A stretch of DNA of 64,000 nt from Candidatus Latescibacterota bacterium (GTDB taxonomy: Bacteria > Latescibacterota > UBA2968 > UBA8231), in NCBI GenBank assembly GCA_965206595.1, contig OZ242214.1, positions 5,216,001 to 5,280,000 of the forward strand. Reading direction: 5' to 3'. Under the pieces are notes generated by a model, which saw nothing but the letters and a program-made list of their open reading frames with translations, was not told the DNA's origin and searched no databases. Below are positions 29,775 to 39,203 of this stretch, piece by piece (position 1 is the first letter of the stretch; the number at the start of each line of letters is the position of its first letter). The position numbers and the translations under genes were made by a program.

Positions 29775-30917
29775 ATGAATGTCTGCATAGCAGGGGCGGG
29801 AATCTTCGGCATGGCCGCGGCTCTCGAGCTGCGCGAGCGCGGCCACGAGGTGACCCTGATCGAACGCGGTGAAATCCCCAACCCGGAGGCGTCGAGCACC
29901 GATGTTTCCAAGGTGATCCGGCGCACCAACTACCCGAACGAGATTTACGTCGAGCTGGTGACGCGGGCGGCGGCGCAGTGGCGGGAATGGCACGAGCGCA
30001 CCAGCCGCTCGATCTACTTCCAGACCGGCAAGCTGATCGCGGTGCACGGATTCGGACCGGAGCACGAGGCGCTGGCCGGCTGGGAGACCCTGAGCCGGTT
30101 GGGCAAGGATGTCACCGAGCTGACCGCCAAAGAGGTGAACCGGCGGTTTCCCCAGTTCACCGTCAGCGACGAGGACAGGCTGTTTTACGATCCCTGGTCC
30201 GGGTACCTGCGCAGCGGTCAGGCGCTGGCCGACCTGGCCGGACTGGCCCGGGAGGCAGGTGTGGAGATTCGCGAGAACACCCTGGTGACCGCCGTCGAAG
30301 AGACCGGTTCCGGCGCCAGGGTAAGGTGGGACACCGAATCGCAGGACTGCGACCGCGCGGTGGTAGCTGCCGGCCCATGGGTGGGGAAGCTGCTGCCGGC
30401 GATGGCGACCCGGGTGCGGATTTCGCGGCAGCAGATGGCCTTCTTCCTCCCGAAGGATCCGGCCCCGTTCGAGCGCGGCCGCTTCCCGGTGTGGTCGATC
30501 CTGTCGCCCGGCAACCTCTGGTACGGATTCCCCTACCTGCACGAGGGGTTCGTCAAGGTGGCCGAGGACAGCAAGGTGGACGACACCACGGTCGATGTCT
30601 CGCGCGAGCCGACGCCGGCGTTTCTCGACTGGGCCCGCGACTTCGTCGCCGCGCGCATCCCGGCCCTCGACGGCGCCGAGCCGGCCGGCGGCCGTTCCTG
30701 TCTCTACACCAACATGGCCGACATGGAGGACGAGCAGTTCGTCATCGACTGGGCCCCGGGGTGTGAGAGGGTGCTGATCGCCGGCTGCGGCTGCGGCCAT
30801 GGCTTCAAGTTCGGCGGCTCCATCGGTCCGGTGATCGCCGACGCCCTGGAAGACAAGGAGAACCGCTTGGGAGACCTGTTCAGGATCGGAACGAGGTTCG
30901 AGAAAGGAGCCGACTGA
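29775..30917 (+). CDS. FAD-dependent oxidoreductase, monomeric sarcosine oxidase/N-methyltryptophan oxidase family
   Basis: IAGAGIFG, ASSTDVSKVIR, SCLYT, FVID, GHGFKF. Confidence 0.88.
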   Translation: MNVCIAGAGIFGMAAALELRERGHEVTLIERGEIPNPEASSTDVSKVIRRTNYPNEIYVELVTRAAAQWREWHERTSRSIYFQTGKLIAVHGFGPEHEALAGWETLSRLGKDVTELTAKEVNRRFPQFTVSDEDRLFYDPWSGYLRSGQALADLAGLAREAGVEIRENTLVTAVEETGSGARVRWDTESQDCDRAVVAAGPWVGKLLPAMATRVRISRQQMAFFLPKDPAPFERGRFPVWSILSPGNLWYGFPYLHEGFVKVAEDSKVDDTTVDVSREPTPAFLDWARDFVAARIPALDGAEPAGGRSCLYTNMADMEDEQFVIDWAPGCERVLIAGCGCGHGFKFGGSIGPVIADALEDKENRLGDLFRIGTRFEKGAD

Positions 30918-31924
30918 TGGCGAGCGAAGCGAGGCGGATCTACGACGAGGCGATCGTCATCGACGGTCTCAACGTCAGCAACTGGGAGAGCGACGCCGTG
31001 TTCGAGCGTCTGCGGGCCGGCAACATCACCGCCATCAACGCCACCGTGGCAACGTGGGAAAACTTCCTGCAGACCATGGCCCACCTGTCGGTGTGGATGC
31101 GGCGCTTTCGCGAACGCGACGACATCCTGCAGGTGAAGGAGACGGCGGACATTCACATCGCCAAAAAGCTCGGAAGGACCGGGATTATCCTCGGTTTCCA
31201 GAACGCCTCGCCGATAGAGAACGAGCTCGACCGACTGGGGTTGTTCCACGCCCTCGGGGTGCGGGTGATCCAGCTGACCTACCACGAGACCAATCTGCTC
31301 GGCAGCGGCTGCTGGGAGCGGAACGACGCCGGCCTGAGCAACTTCGGAGTAGACGCGGTGCGCGAAATGAACCGGCTCGGCATCGTCATCGACCTGTCGC
31401 ACGTCGGTCCGAAGACGACGCTGGACGCCATCGAGGTCTCCGAGCAGCCGGTCGCCATCACCCATGCCAACGCGCGCAGCTTCTGCGGCCACCGGCGCAA
31501 CAAGGAGGAAGAGGCGCTCCTCGCCCTCGCGGAAAAGGGGGGCGTCGTCGGCGCCACGTCCTTCGTCAACTTCCTTCCCAAGGCATTCGCCTCGACTGTC
31601 GAGGATTTCGTCGATGCCATCGACAACATGGTGGAGCGGATCGGTATCGATCACGTGGCCATCGGCACCGACTCCACCCACGATCAGCCCTTGGAGTTCT
31701 GGCATTACATCTCCTCGCAGCAGGGGACGAAGTTCCCCTCGACCTTTGCCGACGGCTCGATCCCGTACACCGAGCTGAGCTTTCAGCCGAAGGGCATCGA
31801 CAGCCCGGCGGAGTTTCCCAACCTCGCCGACATGCTGGCAAACCGGGGGTACAGCAGCGAGGATATCACCAAGCTGCTGGGCGGGAACTGGATGAACCTT
31901 TTCGAGCGGGTCTGGAACCCGTGA
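30917..31924 (+). CDS. Membrane dipeptidase (peptidase M19) family amidohydrolase
   Basis: IVIDG, IILGFQN, QLTY, DLSHVG, THAN, GIDHVAIGTD, LGGNW; coupled to the oxidase. Confidence 0.9.
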   Translation: MASEARRIYDEAIVIDGLNVSNWESDAVFERLRAGNITAINATVATWENFLQTMAHLSVWMRRFRERDDILQVKETADIHIAKKLGRTGIILGFQNASPIENELDRLGLFHALGVRVIQLTYHETNLLGSGCWERNDAGLSNFGVDAVREMNRLGIVIDLSHVGPKTTLDAIEVSEQPVAITHANARSFCGHRRNKEEEALLALAEKGGVVGATSFVNFLPKAFASTVEDFVDAIDNMVERIGIDHVAIGTDSTHDQPLEFWHYISSQQGTKFPSTFADGSIPYTELSFQPKGIDSPAEFPNLADMLANRGYSSEDITKLLGGNWMNLFERVWNP

Positions 31925-31933
31925 GGGAAGGGC

Positions 31934-33316
31934 CTAAAGCCTGAGGATCAGCTTTTCCGCGGCGAGCGCGAGAACGGTCTTTTCGAAGGCGGCGGTCGCT
32001 TCCTCGAGATCGCGGTCGCTGTGGGCCGACGAGACCACGCCCCCCGTGGAGCTCATGTTGTCGACGCCGTTGTGCCGCAGATGGCGCTGGTAGCTGCTGA
32101 TCAGCTCTCCCGGCATCCCCTTCAGCTTGCTCGCATCGCTGGTGCGCAGGTCGCCTCGCTGCCCCGACGCCGCGGCAACCGCGGCGTCGGTCTCGAAGAA
32201 GACGTGGAAGGTCGAGCTGATGCCGTAGACGTAGCCGGCGATGGCGTGGCGCTCGAGAACCTCCTCGAAATCGCCCCGCAGCCGCGCCGCCAGGGCGTCC
32301 GCCTTTTGCGTCGGTTCGCCGGTCGCCACCTGTTGCAGACAGGCGACGCCCGCCGCGGCGGACAGCGGCGAGGCGTTGAAGGTGCCGAAGTGGACGACGC
32401 GCCGGTGGCGGTCGCGCTCGGCATCGCCGGTGAAATCGAACAGCGACATGATCTCCTCGCGGCCGGTCACCGCGCCTCCCGGCATCCCTCCGGCGAGGAT
32501 TTTGGCGAAGCAGGACAGATCCGGGGTGATGCCGTAGTACTGTTCGGCGCCCCCCGGTGCGAGACGGAAACCGGTGACCACTTCATCGAAAATCAGCAGC
32601 ACGTCCCGTTTCGCCGTCCGGGCGCGCAAACCGTGGAGAAACTCCGGCGCGGTGGGGATGCGCCCCCACGAGGCCCCCGACGGCTCTACGATGGCCGCGG
32701 CGATGTCGCCATCCTCTGCCAGGATCTCCTCGAGCCGGCCGATGTCGTTGGCAGGCGCCGTGACGAAGCTTTTCCAGACCTCCGGCGGCACTCCGAGAGA
32801 GCCGTCGGCGTCGAACGGCGGCTGGAAGCCGTGCACGACGCCGTCGTGCCAGCCGTGGAAGTGGCCCTCGAAGCGGAGCACCTTGTTCCTCCCGGTGAAG
32901 GCCCTGGCGAGGCGCAGTGCGAGCAGCGTCGCTTCCGTACCGGAGTTGACGAACCGAACCTTTTCGGCCGAAGGCACGAGCTGCTTGACGATTTCCCCCC
33001 ACTCCACGTGCAGGGGGTGGTCGTTGCCGAAGTGGGTGCCGTCGGCGAGGGCGCGCTGAATCGCCTCGACGACGGCCGGAGGCGAATGCCCCAGAAGCAG
33101 GGCCCCGTTGCCCAACAGGAAATCGATGTACTCGTTGCCGTCGACGTCCCACTTGCGGGCACCCTGGCCCCGCGTGACGTACATGGGAACCGGCTCGAAA
33201 TGGCGGACGTCGTGGCCGACCGCGCCCCCCAGCGCGTCGACGGCGCGCGCGTACAGGGCCGCCGATTGCCTCCGCGCTTCGGAGTAGGTCAGAAGAAAAT
33301 CGCTGGACGAGGACAT
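31934..33316 (-). CDS. Class III PLP aminotransferase, glutamate-1-semialdehyde aminomutase-like
   Basis: WDVDGNEYID, RFVNSGTEA, FEGHFHGWHD, LIFDEVVTGFR, FAKILAGGMP, GTFNASP; start ATG 33316. Confidence 0.88.
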   Translation of the reverse strand: MSSSSDFLLTYSEARRQSAALYARAVDALGGAVGHDVRHFEPVPMYVTRGQGARKWDVDGNEYIDFLLGNGALLLGHSPPAVVEAIQRALADGTHFGNDHPLHVEWGEIVKQLVPSAEKVRFVNSGTEATLLALRLARAFTGRNKVLRFEGHFHGWHDGVVHGFQPPFDADGSLGVPPEVWKSFVTAPANDIGRLEEILAEDGDIAAAIVEPSGASWGRIPTAPEFLHGLRARTAKRDVLLIFDEVVTGFRLAPGGAEQYYGITPDLSCFAKILAGGMPGGAVTGREEIMSLFDFTGDAERDRHRRVVHFGTFNASPLSAAAGVACLQQVATGEPTQKADALAARLRGDFEEVLERHAIAGYVYGISSTFHVFFETDAAVAAASGQRGDLRTSDASKLKGMPGELISSYQRHLRHNGVDNMSSTGGVVSSAHSDRDLEEATAAFEKTVLALAAEKLILRL

Positions 33317-33755
33317 GGTATCTCCAGAGAATGGGGGGAACCGCGTGCAGCAGCTGAACCAAATAAAAGCAGCGGACTTTGCCGGACAACGCGAGATCCG
33401 CATACGGATCGAGTGCACCCGCATTCCCGCCCCGCCCAGGGTCCTTCCTGGGGCTGACGGCGCCGGGAACGGGCAGAAGCAGGGATGCAGCCAAACCGCA
33501 CTATGAAGATCGAGGGAATGAATCGCGCGGATATTCTGGTTTGGATCGAACCGCGATAAGCTCTCAAGGATGCGTCGGCGTCCGATCCAAGCGGAATTGC
33601 GCGCGCAGGCAGTTAGGTCCTGCAGGCCGGATGGGTCCTCCGATGGGGCGAGCAGTTGCTGGAGCGGCACCTTGCGGGGCGGATGGTGATTGCGCTCCCC
33701 GAGGACGAGTTTCTGTTGCCGAGGTTCAATTCCATCAAGTGGTGAACCAGAGATC

Positions 33756-34657
33756 ATGGATGGTCCGTCGCCTGAAGATGTCGCTCGCATAGGCGTTCTG
33801 ACCGGCCGGCGGCCTACCGGCTTTCGCCGCGCGGCCGGAGAGGCTACACCGCGGCCGCGCGCTGGGTGGTGGACTTGGAAGGCGCCACCGCGGCGTTCGC
33901 CAAGATCGGCGTCGATAGATTGACGGCGAGGTGGCTGCGAGAGGAACACAGGGTGTATTCCGCCCTCGACGGCGACTTCATGCCCAAGCTGCTCGGGTGG
34001 GACGACGGCGAACGACCGCTGCTGTTGCTGGAGGACCTGAGCGGCTGCTTCTGGCCGCCCCCATGGAATGCCGGGAGAGTCGACCAGATCCTCGAAGCGC
34101 TCGCGCGCCTGCGAGCCGCGGATCACGGAGGCCATCTTTCGCCCCTGGACGCTGCCGATTCGGGTCTTGCAGGATGTTGGAACAGGGTGGCAGAGGAACC
34201 GGCGCCGTTTCTGTCTCTCGGTTTGGCGACCGGCCGCTGGCTCCGGGACAGCGCGCCGGTACTAGCGGCGGCCGCTGACGACGCGGTGATCGAAGGCATG
34301 TTCCCCACCCACCTGGACGTGCGCAGCGACAATGTCTGCTTCCGCGACGGGCGGGCGGTCGACGGGCGGGCGGTCATGGTGGACTGGAACCACGCCGTTC
34401 TCGCCCACCCGGACCTGGACATCGCCGGATGGGCGCCGAGTCTGCACGCCGAAGGGGGACCGGCTCCGGAAGAGATCCTGCCCGGCCGCGGGCAAATGGC
34501 CGCGGTGATCAGCGGCTACTTCGCCAAGCGGGCCGGCATGCCGATCATCCCTACGGCGCCGCGCGTGCGCGAGGTGCAGCGGCAGCAGCTCCGCACGTCG
34601 CTGCCTTGGGCGGTGCGCGAGCCGGGACTGCCGCCGCTCGATGGTCCGGCGGTGTGA
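33756..34657 (+). CDS. Aminoglycoside phosphotransferase (APH)/kinase-like protein, frameshift ~33840
   Basis: AFAKIG, LLLEDL, HLDVRSDN catalytic loop, VDW; N-terminus from ATG 33756 joins GGYTAAARWVV after a frame change. Confidence 0.75.
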
Positions 34658-34725
34658 GCCGTGTGCGCGCAGAGCCGCTGAACGGATGTCTCCGAGGTCC
34701 GGACTGACGCTCGGGGAAGGGGCGC

Positions 34726-35493
34726 CTACTTCGTTTCCTCTGTCGGTTTTTCCTGGGGTGTTTCTTCGTTCGCCGTTTTTTCGGGAGCTGAGATTTCAGC
34801 AGTCGGTGTTTCGAGCGTCGGTCCAGGTGATGCCTTTTCGGCCGGTGTTTCTTCGCTCACCGTTTTTTCAGGGGCGGCCTTTTTCGAGGGCGTCGTTTCC
34901 ACCTGGGCTTTTTCTGAAGCGGCAGTTGTTTTTTCAGGTACAGGCGTGCCGGTTGCCTTTTCCTCTTTCGGTTTTTCAGGGGATGCTATTTCGGCCGCTG
35001 TTTTTTCGGAGGTTGCCTTTTCGGCCGCTGTTTCTTCGCTCACCGTTTTTTCAGGGGCGGTCTTTTCGGAAGGCGTTGTTTCGCCCGGGAGTTTATCTGG
35101 AGCGGCGGTCTTTTCGGCTTTCGTTTTTTGAGGAGCCGGTTTTTCAACCGCTTTGGGTGGTTTTGGGGCCTTTTTCGCCGCCGCCGGCTTGGTGGGTTCC
35201 ATGGGTTTCTTGGCCTGGGCTTTTTTGGCCGCAGGTTTGGGTTTTTTCAGGTGCTTGCTCACCAGGGTAGCGACCTGAAAGATGTTGACCTGTTTCTTGC
35301 CCCCCAGCACCTGCTGAAGGACCTTGTCGGCATTGATCATGCGCCGGTCCGTGTCCTGCAGGCTGCGCTCGTTGATGTAGTCCCAGAATTTGCGGATGAT
35401 CTCCCCGCGAGTCCGGGGAGTATCGCCGACGATTGCGGAGAGCTTCTTGTCGGGCTCAAGTATCTGGGTGGAAACTTTCTTGAAGTCCATCAT
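34726..35493 (-). CDS. SWIB/MDM2 domain protein with long low-complexity K/A/E/T/P tail
   Basis: PDKKLSAIVG...TRGEIIRKFWDYINERSLQD...RRMINADKVL...VSKHL (SWIB), then KKPKPAAKK and ~5-aa EKT repeats; AGGAGG RBS. Confidence 0.88.
   Translation of the reverse strand: MMDFKKVSTQILEPDKKLSAIVGDTPRTRGEIIRKFWDYINERSLQDTDRRMINADKVLQQVLGGKKQVNIFQVATLVSKHLKKPKPAAKKAQAKKPMEPTKPAAAKKAPKPPKAVEKPAPQKTKAEKTAAPDKLPGETTPSEKTAPEKTVSEETAAEKATSEKTAAEIASPEKPKEEKATGTPVPEKTTAASEKAQVETTPSKKAAPEKTVSEETPAEKASPGPTLETPTAEISAPEKTANEETPQEKPTEETK
34831..35082. repeat. ~69-bp imperfect direct repeat within the SWIB tail
   Basis: TGCCTTTTCGGCCG(G/C)TGTTTCTTCGCTCACCGTTTTTTCAGGGGCGG... at 34831-34899 and 35014-35082. Confidence 0.8.
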
Positions 35494-35618
35494 CTACCTC
35501 CTGGGGCGAATCTGCGGAGAATGTTGCGCAGGTATGGTTCGAATCGCTGCGGCCGCTCAAGGGTATTGGTGAGGTGCAGTCTGCGCAAATACCGGATAAA
35601 CAGCCGGATAGGCAGGCG

Positions 35619-36848
35619 ATGAAAACTCTGGCGCATGCGGATTTCCCACGGAAGGAGTACGTCGCGAGATACACGCGCATGCAGGAAGCCCTGAAGCGGC
35701 GCGGGCTGGACGGCCTGCTGCTCACCGGGCGGTCCAACCTGCGCTACTTCGCCGGACTCCGGGACGGCGCTTGGGACGCCCACCACTTCTACTTCCCGGC
35801 GGTGCTGCCCGCGGAAGGCGAGCCGGTGTTGATGGCGTCCGACGGCTTTCAGCACCTGGTGAAGCAGTGCTGGATCGAGGACGTGCGGCACTGGCCGCTG
35901 TCCCGGGAGTTCTACATGTCGAGGGAGTTCGCGGGGACGCCCCTGATCTTGGAGGTGCTGCGCGAAAAAGGTTTGGACCGCGGCGTTCTCGGAATGGAGC
36001 TCAGCTCTGACCTGCAGCCGCACATGGGCCACGAGCATTTCGCCGGAATCCTGGCGGGACTTCCGCGGGCGCACATCGTCGATGGCAGCGACGCGGTCTG
36101 GTCGATCCGAAGCGTCAAGTCGGAGGCCGAGATCTCGCGCCTGCGCAAGGCAGCCGAAATTTCCGCCAAGGGGGTGAAGGCCGGCTTCGAACGGCTGCAG
36201 GCGGGCATGACCGAAAAGGAGGTGGCCGACGTCATGACCTCGGCCATGTGCGCCTCCGGGGCCAGTGAGCAGCGCTTCAATGCCCTCTATGCCGGACCGC
36301 GCGCCATGTGGGCCGACGGCATGCCGACCGACTACGCGCTACAGCCCGGCGACCTCGTGCAATTCGACGGCGGCTGCGTGTACGAGGGCTACTGGTGCGA
36401 CTTCAAGAGAATGGCGGCGCTGGGCGAGCCGCGGGCCGATCAGCGCCGCCACTTCGATCTTGCCCGCCAGGGCCTGGAAGCGGCCATCGACATGGTGAAA
36501 CCGGGAGTCGAGATCGCCGCCTTGCTACAGGCGGCTTTCGCTGTCAACAACCGCGCCGGGTACCGCCCCTTTTCCGAGTGGTGCCTGCGGTCGGGTTGGT
36601 CGGCGATCGGGCACGGCCTCGGCCTCGACCTGCACGAGCAGCCGGGACTGTCGGCGGTAAACACCGCCCCCTTGGAGGAGAATATGGTGCTCTGCGTCGA
36701 GCCGTTCGTCACCCTCGATGGAGTGTTTCCTTTCTGGGAGGCGAGCGAGAAGTTCGGCCTCGAAGACGTCTTGCTGGTAACCGCCGACGGAGCCGAGGTG
36801 TTGACCTCCGAGGAGGCGGTCACACGGGACTTGTGGGTGGCCGGATGA
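35619..36848 (+). CDS. Xaa-Pro peptidase (M24B)/creatinase family protein
   Basis: NLRYFAG, RSVKSEAEI, FDGG...GYWCDFKR, IGHGLGLDLHE, CVEP, GLEDVLLVT. Confidence 0.9.
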   Translation: MKTLAHADFPRKEYVARYTRMQEALKRRGLDGLLLTGRSNLRYFAGLRDGAWDAHHFYFPAVLPAEGEPVLMASDGFQHLVKQCWIEDVRHWPLSREFYMSREFAGTPLILEVLREKGLDRGVLGMELSSDLQPHMGHEHFAGILAGLPRAHIVDGSDAVWSIRSVKSEAEISRLRKAAEISAKGVKAGFERLQAGMTEKEVADVMTSAMCASGASEQRFNALYAGPRAMWADGMPTDYALQPGDLVQFDGGCVYEGYWCDFKRMAALGEPRADQRRHFDLARQGLEAAIDMVKPGVEIAALLQAAFAVNNRAGYRPFSEWCLRSGWSAIGHGLGLDLHEQPGLSAVNTAPLEENMVLCVEPFVTLDGVFPFWEASEKFGLEDVLLVTADGAEVLTSEEAVTRDLWVAG

Positions 36849-37219
36849 AGCGCCGGCAGCGCAATGCGTCGCTGGTCTACTCGACGGAGCACGGTCGCCT
36901 CTGTCCCGGGTGCGACCAGCCGGCCGCCGAGTGCAGCTGCTCCACTCCGGCGGCAGGAAAATCGAAGGCCCCGAAAGGGGGCGGAGTCCTCCGCGTCGGG
37001 CGCGAGACCAAGGGACGCAAGGGGAAGGGAGTGACCGTCGTCACCGGCCTTCCCCTCGGGACCGAGGAGCTGCAGGAACTGGCGAAGCGCCTCAAGGCCC
37101 GCTGCGGAGCCGGCGGTACGGTAAAGGACGGGGTGATCGAGATTCAGGGAGAGCACCGCGACGCCGTGGTGCGCGCCCTCGAAGCGGAGGGGTTTGCCGC
37201 CAGGAGGGCCGGCGGATGA
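36845..37219 (+). CDS. yciH: Translation initiation factor SUI1-like protein
   Basis: LVYSTE, RETKGRKGKGVTVV, LKARCGAGGTVKDGVIEIQGEH; ATGA overlap. Confidence 0.93.
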   Translation: MKRRQRNASLVYSTEHGRLCPGCDQPAAECSCSTPAAGKSKAPKGGGVLRVGRETKGRKGKGVTVVTGLPLGTEELQELAKRLKARCGAGGTVKDGVIEIQGEHRDAVVRALEAEGFAARRAGG

Positions 37220-37280
37220 GTGGGCGGCCGCGCCCACCTTCAGATTTCGGGTGGCTGGTCAGCCGCGGCCGGAAAACGAG

Positions 37281-38205
37281 TCAGGGGGACCCGGAGCCAG
37301 GGACGTCGACATCGACGGCGCGGATGCGTCCGTCGCCCGGAAAGCGCTCCTGCCCCAACACCTTCGACTCGCACAGGAACAGCGTTCTCATCTCCGGGCC
37401 TCCGAGCGTACAGGCGTAGGCGCTGTACCCCTCGACGTCGATGCGGTCGGCGATCTTGCCCCCTTCCCTGACACGCACGTATCCCCCCGGGCCGCCGTAT
37501 TCGAAGTAGCAGAGGGCAACCCATACGCACCCCTCCTCATCCATGCAGATGCCGTCAGGCGGAGCGCCGAGGTCGGCCCAGGGCCGGCGGTTGACGAGCG
37601 AGCCGTCGGCGTCGATGTCGAAGGCGGTGAGGCGGAAGCCTATCGATTCGGCGAAGATGAGGGTCTTGCCGTCCGGGGTGATGCAGGCGCCGTTGGGGCA
37701 GGTCACGCGGTCGGCGACGATGCGGGATTCGAACCGTCCGCCGTCCTGCTGTACGAGGACGACGTACCCGAACCTCTGCATGTTGCCGGGGTTGGGGATC
37801 TTCGATTCGTCCCAGCCGTCCGCGGGGCTGCCCGATGTAGGCGCGCCCCCCCGCGGCGACAACCATGTCGTTGCAGATGTTGCCGGTGACCGCCGTCATG
37901 TCGGCAACCTCCTCCAGCGCGCCGCCGCGCATCGCCATCAGCTTTCCGTCCATGACCGAGACCACGATCAGGGTGCCGTCAGGCAGCCACCCGAGGCCGG
38001 AGGGCATGCCTGGGACCTCCGCGATCTCCTCGAGGCTTCCGTCGAGGCCGAGGCTCATCACCTTTTTCCCGAGGATGTCGGAGTAGAACAGCCGTCCCTC
38101 CCCGGCGCTGTCAGCCTCCGCCTGAGGCAGCATGCCGGCGGTGCGCCAGCGAGGTCCTTCGGGAAAGAACAGTCCGCCGGCGAGCAGGTCGGGAGTACGG
38201 GCCAC
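37281..38205 (-). CDS. SMP-30/gluconolactonase family protein, +1 frameshift ~37832
   Basis: AGGAGG RBS, GTG 38205; FPEGPRW, PSGLGWLPDG, CNDMVV, PNGACITPDG, PDGICMDEEG, ACTLGG. Confidence 0.82.
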
Positions 38206-38305
38206 GACAGGCCTCCTGGTGAGGGCGATTGCGATCTCTGCGGTGCGTATATATTTACGGGAAATCGGAATGTCATAGCGACCATGACCGGGGGGGAGAG
38301 AAGAG

Positions 38306-39196
38306 ATGGGCCTGACCCTTGAACAGCTTGCCGAATACGACCAACAGGGCGTTGTGGTCGCCCGGGGGATCCTCGAAGAGTACGACCTGCAACCAGTCAT
38401 AGACGAGATCGTCGAGTTCATCGATTCCAGGGCGCGTGAGCTCCATACCGGCGGCAAGATCGAGCATCTGCACGAGGAGGAGCCGTTCGACCTCCGCTTC
38501 GGTCTGCTGGCGCGGCAGTGCGGGGAGATCGCGCAGGGCATGGACATCATGCACCACCGCGGTCCGTCGATGTTCGGGTTTCTGTTCAACGACCACCTTC
38601 TCGACGCCGTCGAGTCGATCGTCGGACCGGAGATCACCTGCAGTCCGATCCAGCACATTCGCCCCAAGCCGCCGGCGACTTCCGATGGGGAGGGAACCGG
38701 CAGCCTCGGCGCAGTTCCCTGGCACCAGGATGCCGGGGTGATGATGGAGGAGGCGGAGGACACCAACATCGTCACCTGCTGGCTGCCCCTGGGAGATTCC
38801 ACAAGGGAAATGGGTTGCCTGCAGGCGCTGCCCGGGGTCAACAGGATCGGTTACGTCAAGCACCAGGCTGCGGGCGGAACCACGGTAGCCCCCGGCCAGA
38901 TTCCCGACATGGACCCCGTCGACCTCGAGTGCCGCCGCGGCGACGTCATCTTCATGCACCGCTTCATCCCCCACCGCTCGATGCCCAACCGCTCCGACCG
39001 CTGCCGCTGGTCGATGGATCTCCGCTACCAGACCAGCGGACAGCACACCGGCCGTACCGGACACCCGGCCTTCGTCGTGCGCAGCGCCTCGGCCCCCGAC
39101 AGCGTACAGCGCGATTTCGGCGAATGGTGCGAGCGCTGGGTCGACGCCTTCGAGAACCCCAGCGGGTTCGTCGGCCATCGCCGCGACTTGGGATAG
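38306..39196 (+). CDS. PhyH family Fe(II)/2OG dioxygenase
   Basis: QHIRPK, VPWHQD, TCWLPL, GCLQALPG, PHRSMPN, RWSMDLRYQ. Confidence 0.9.
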   Translation: MGLTLEQLAEYDQQGVVVARGILEEYDLQPVIDEIVEFIDSRARELHTGGKIEHLHEEEPFDLRFGLLARQCGEIAQGMDIMHHRGPSMFGFLFNDHLLDAVESIVGPEITCSPIQHIRPKPPATSDGEGTGSLGAVPWHQDAGVMMEEAEDTNIVTCWLPLGDSTREMGCLQALPGVNRIGYVKHQAAGGTTVAPGQIPDMDPVDLECRRGDVIFMHRFIPHRSMPNRSDRCRWSMDLRYQTSGQHTGRTGHPAFVVRSASAPDSVQRDFGEWCERWVDAFENPSGFVGHRRDLG

Positions 39197-39203
39197 TGCT
39201 CGC

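Noticed and set aside
31934-33316. Calling this gene hemL
   Set aside because: N-terminus diverges from the HemL PGGVNSPVR motif and there is no tetrapyrrole context.
33503-33745. Gene fragments (MKIEGMNRADILV; ERHLAGRMVIALPEDEFLLPRFNSIKW)
   Set aside because: Possibly decayed coding sequence but too short to assign.
33317-34135. Apparent 733-aa aminotransferase with long N-terminal extension
   Set aside because: Homology begins at ATG 33316; the extension overlaps the APH gene on the opposite strand.
34641-35270. Phe/Arg-rich repeat protein on + strand
   Set aside because: Antisense translation of the SWIB repeat tail.
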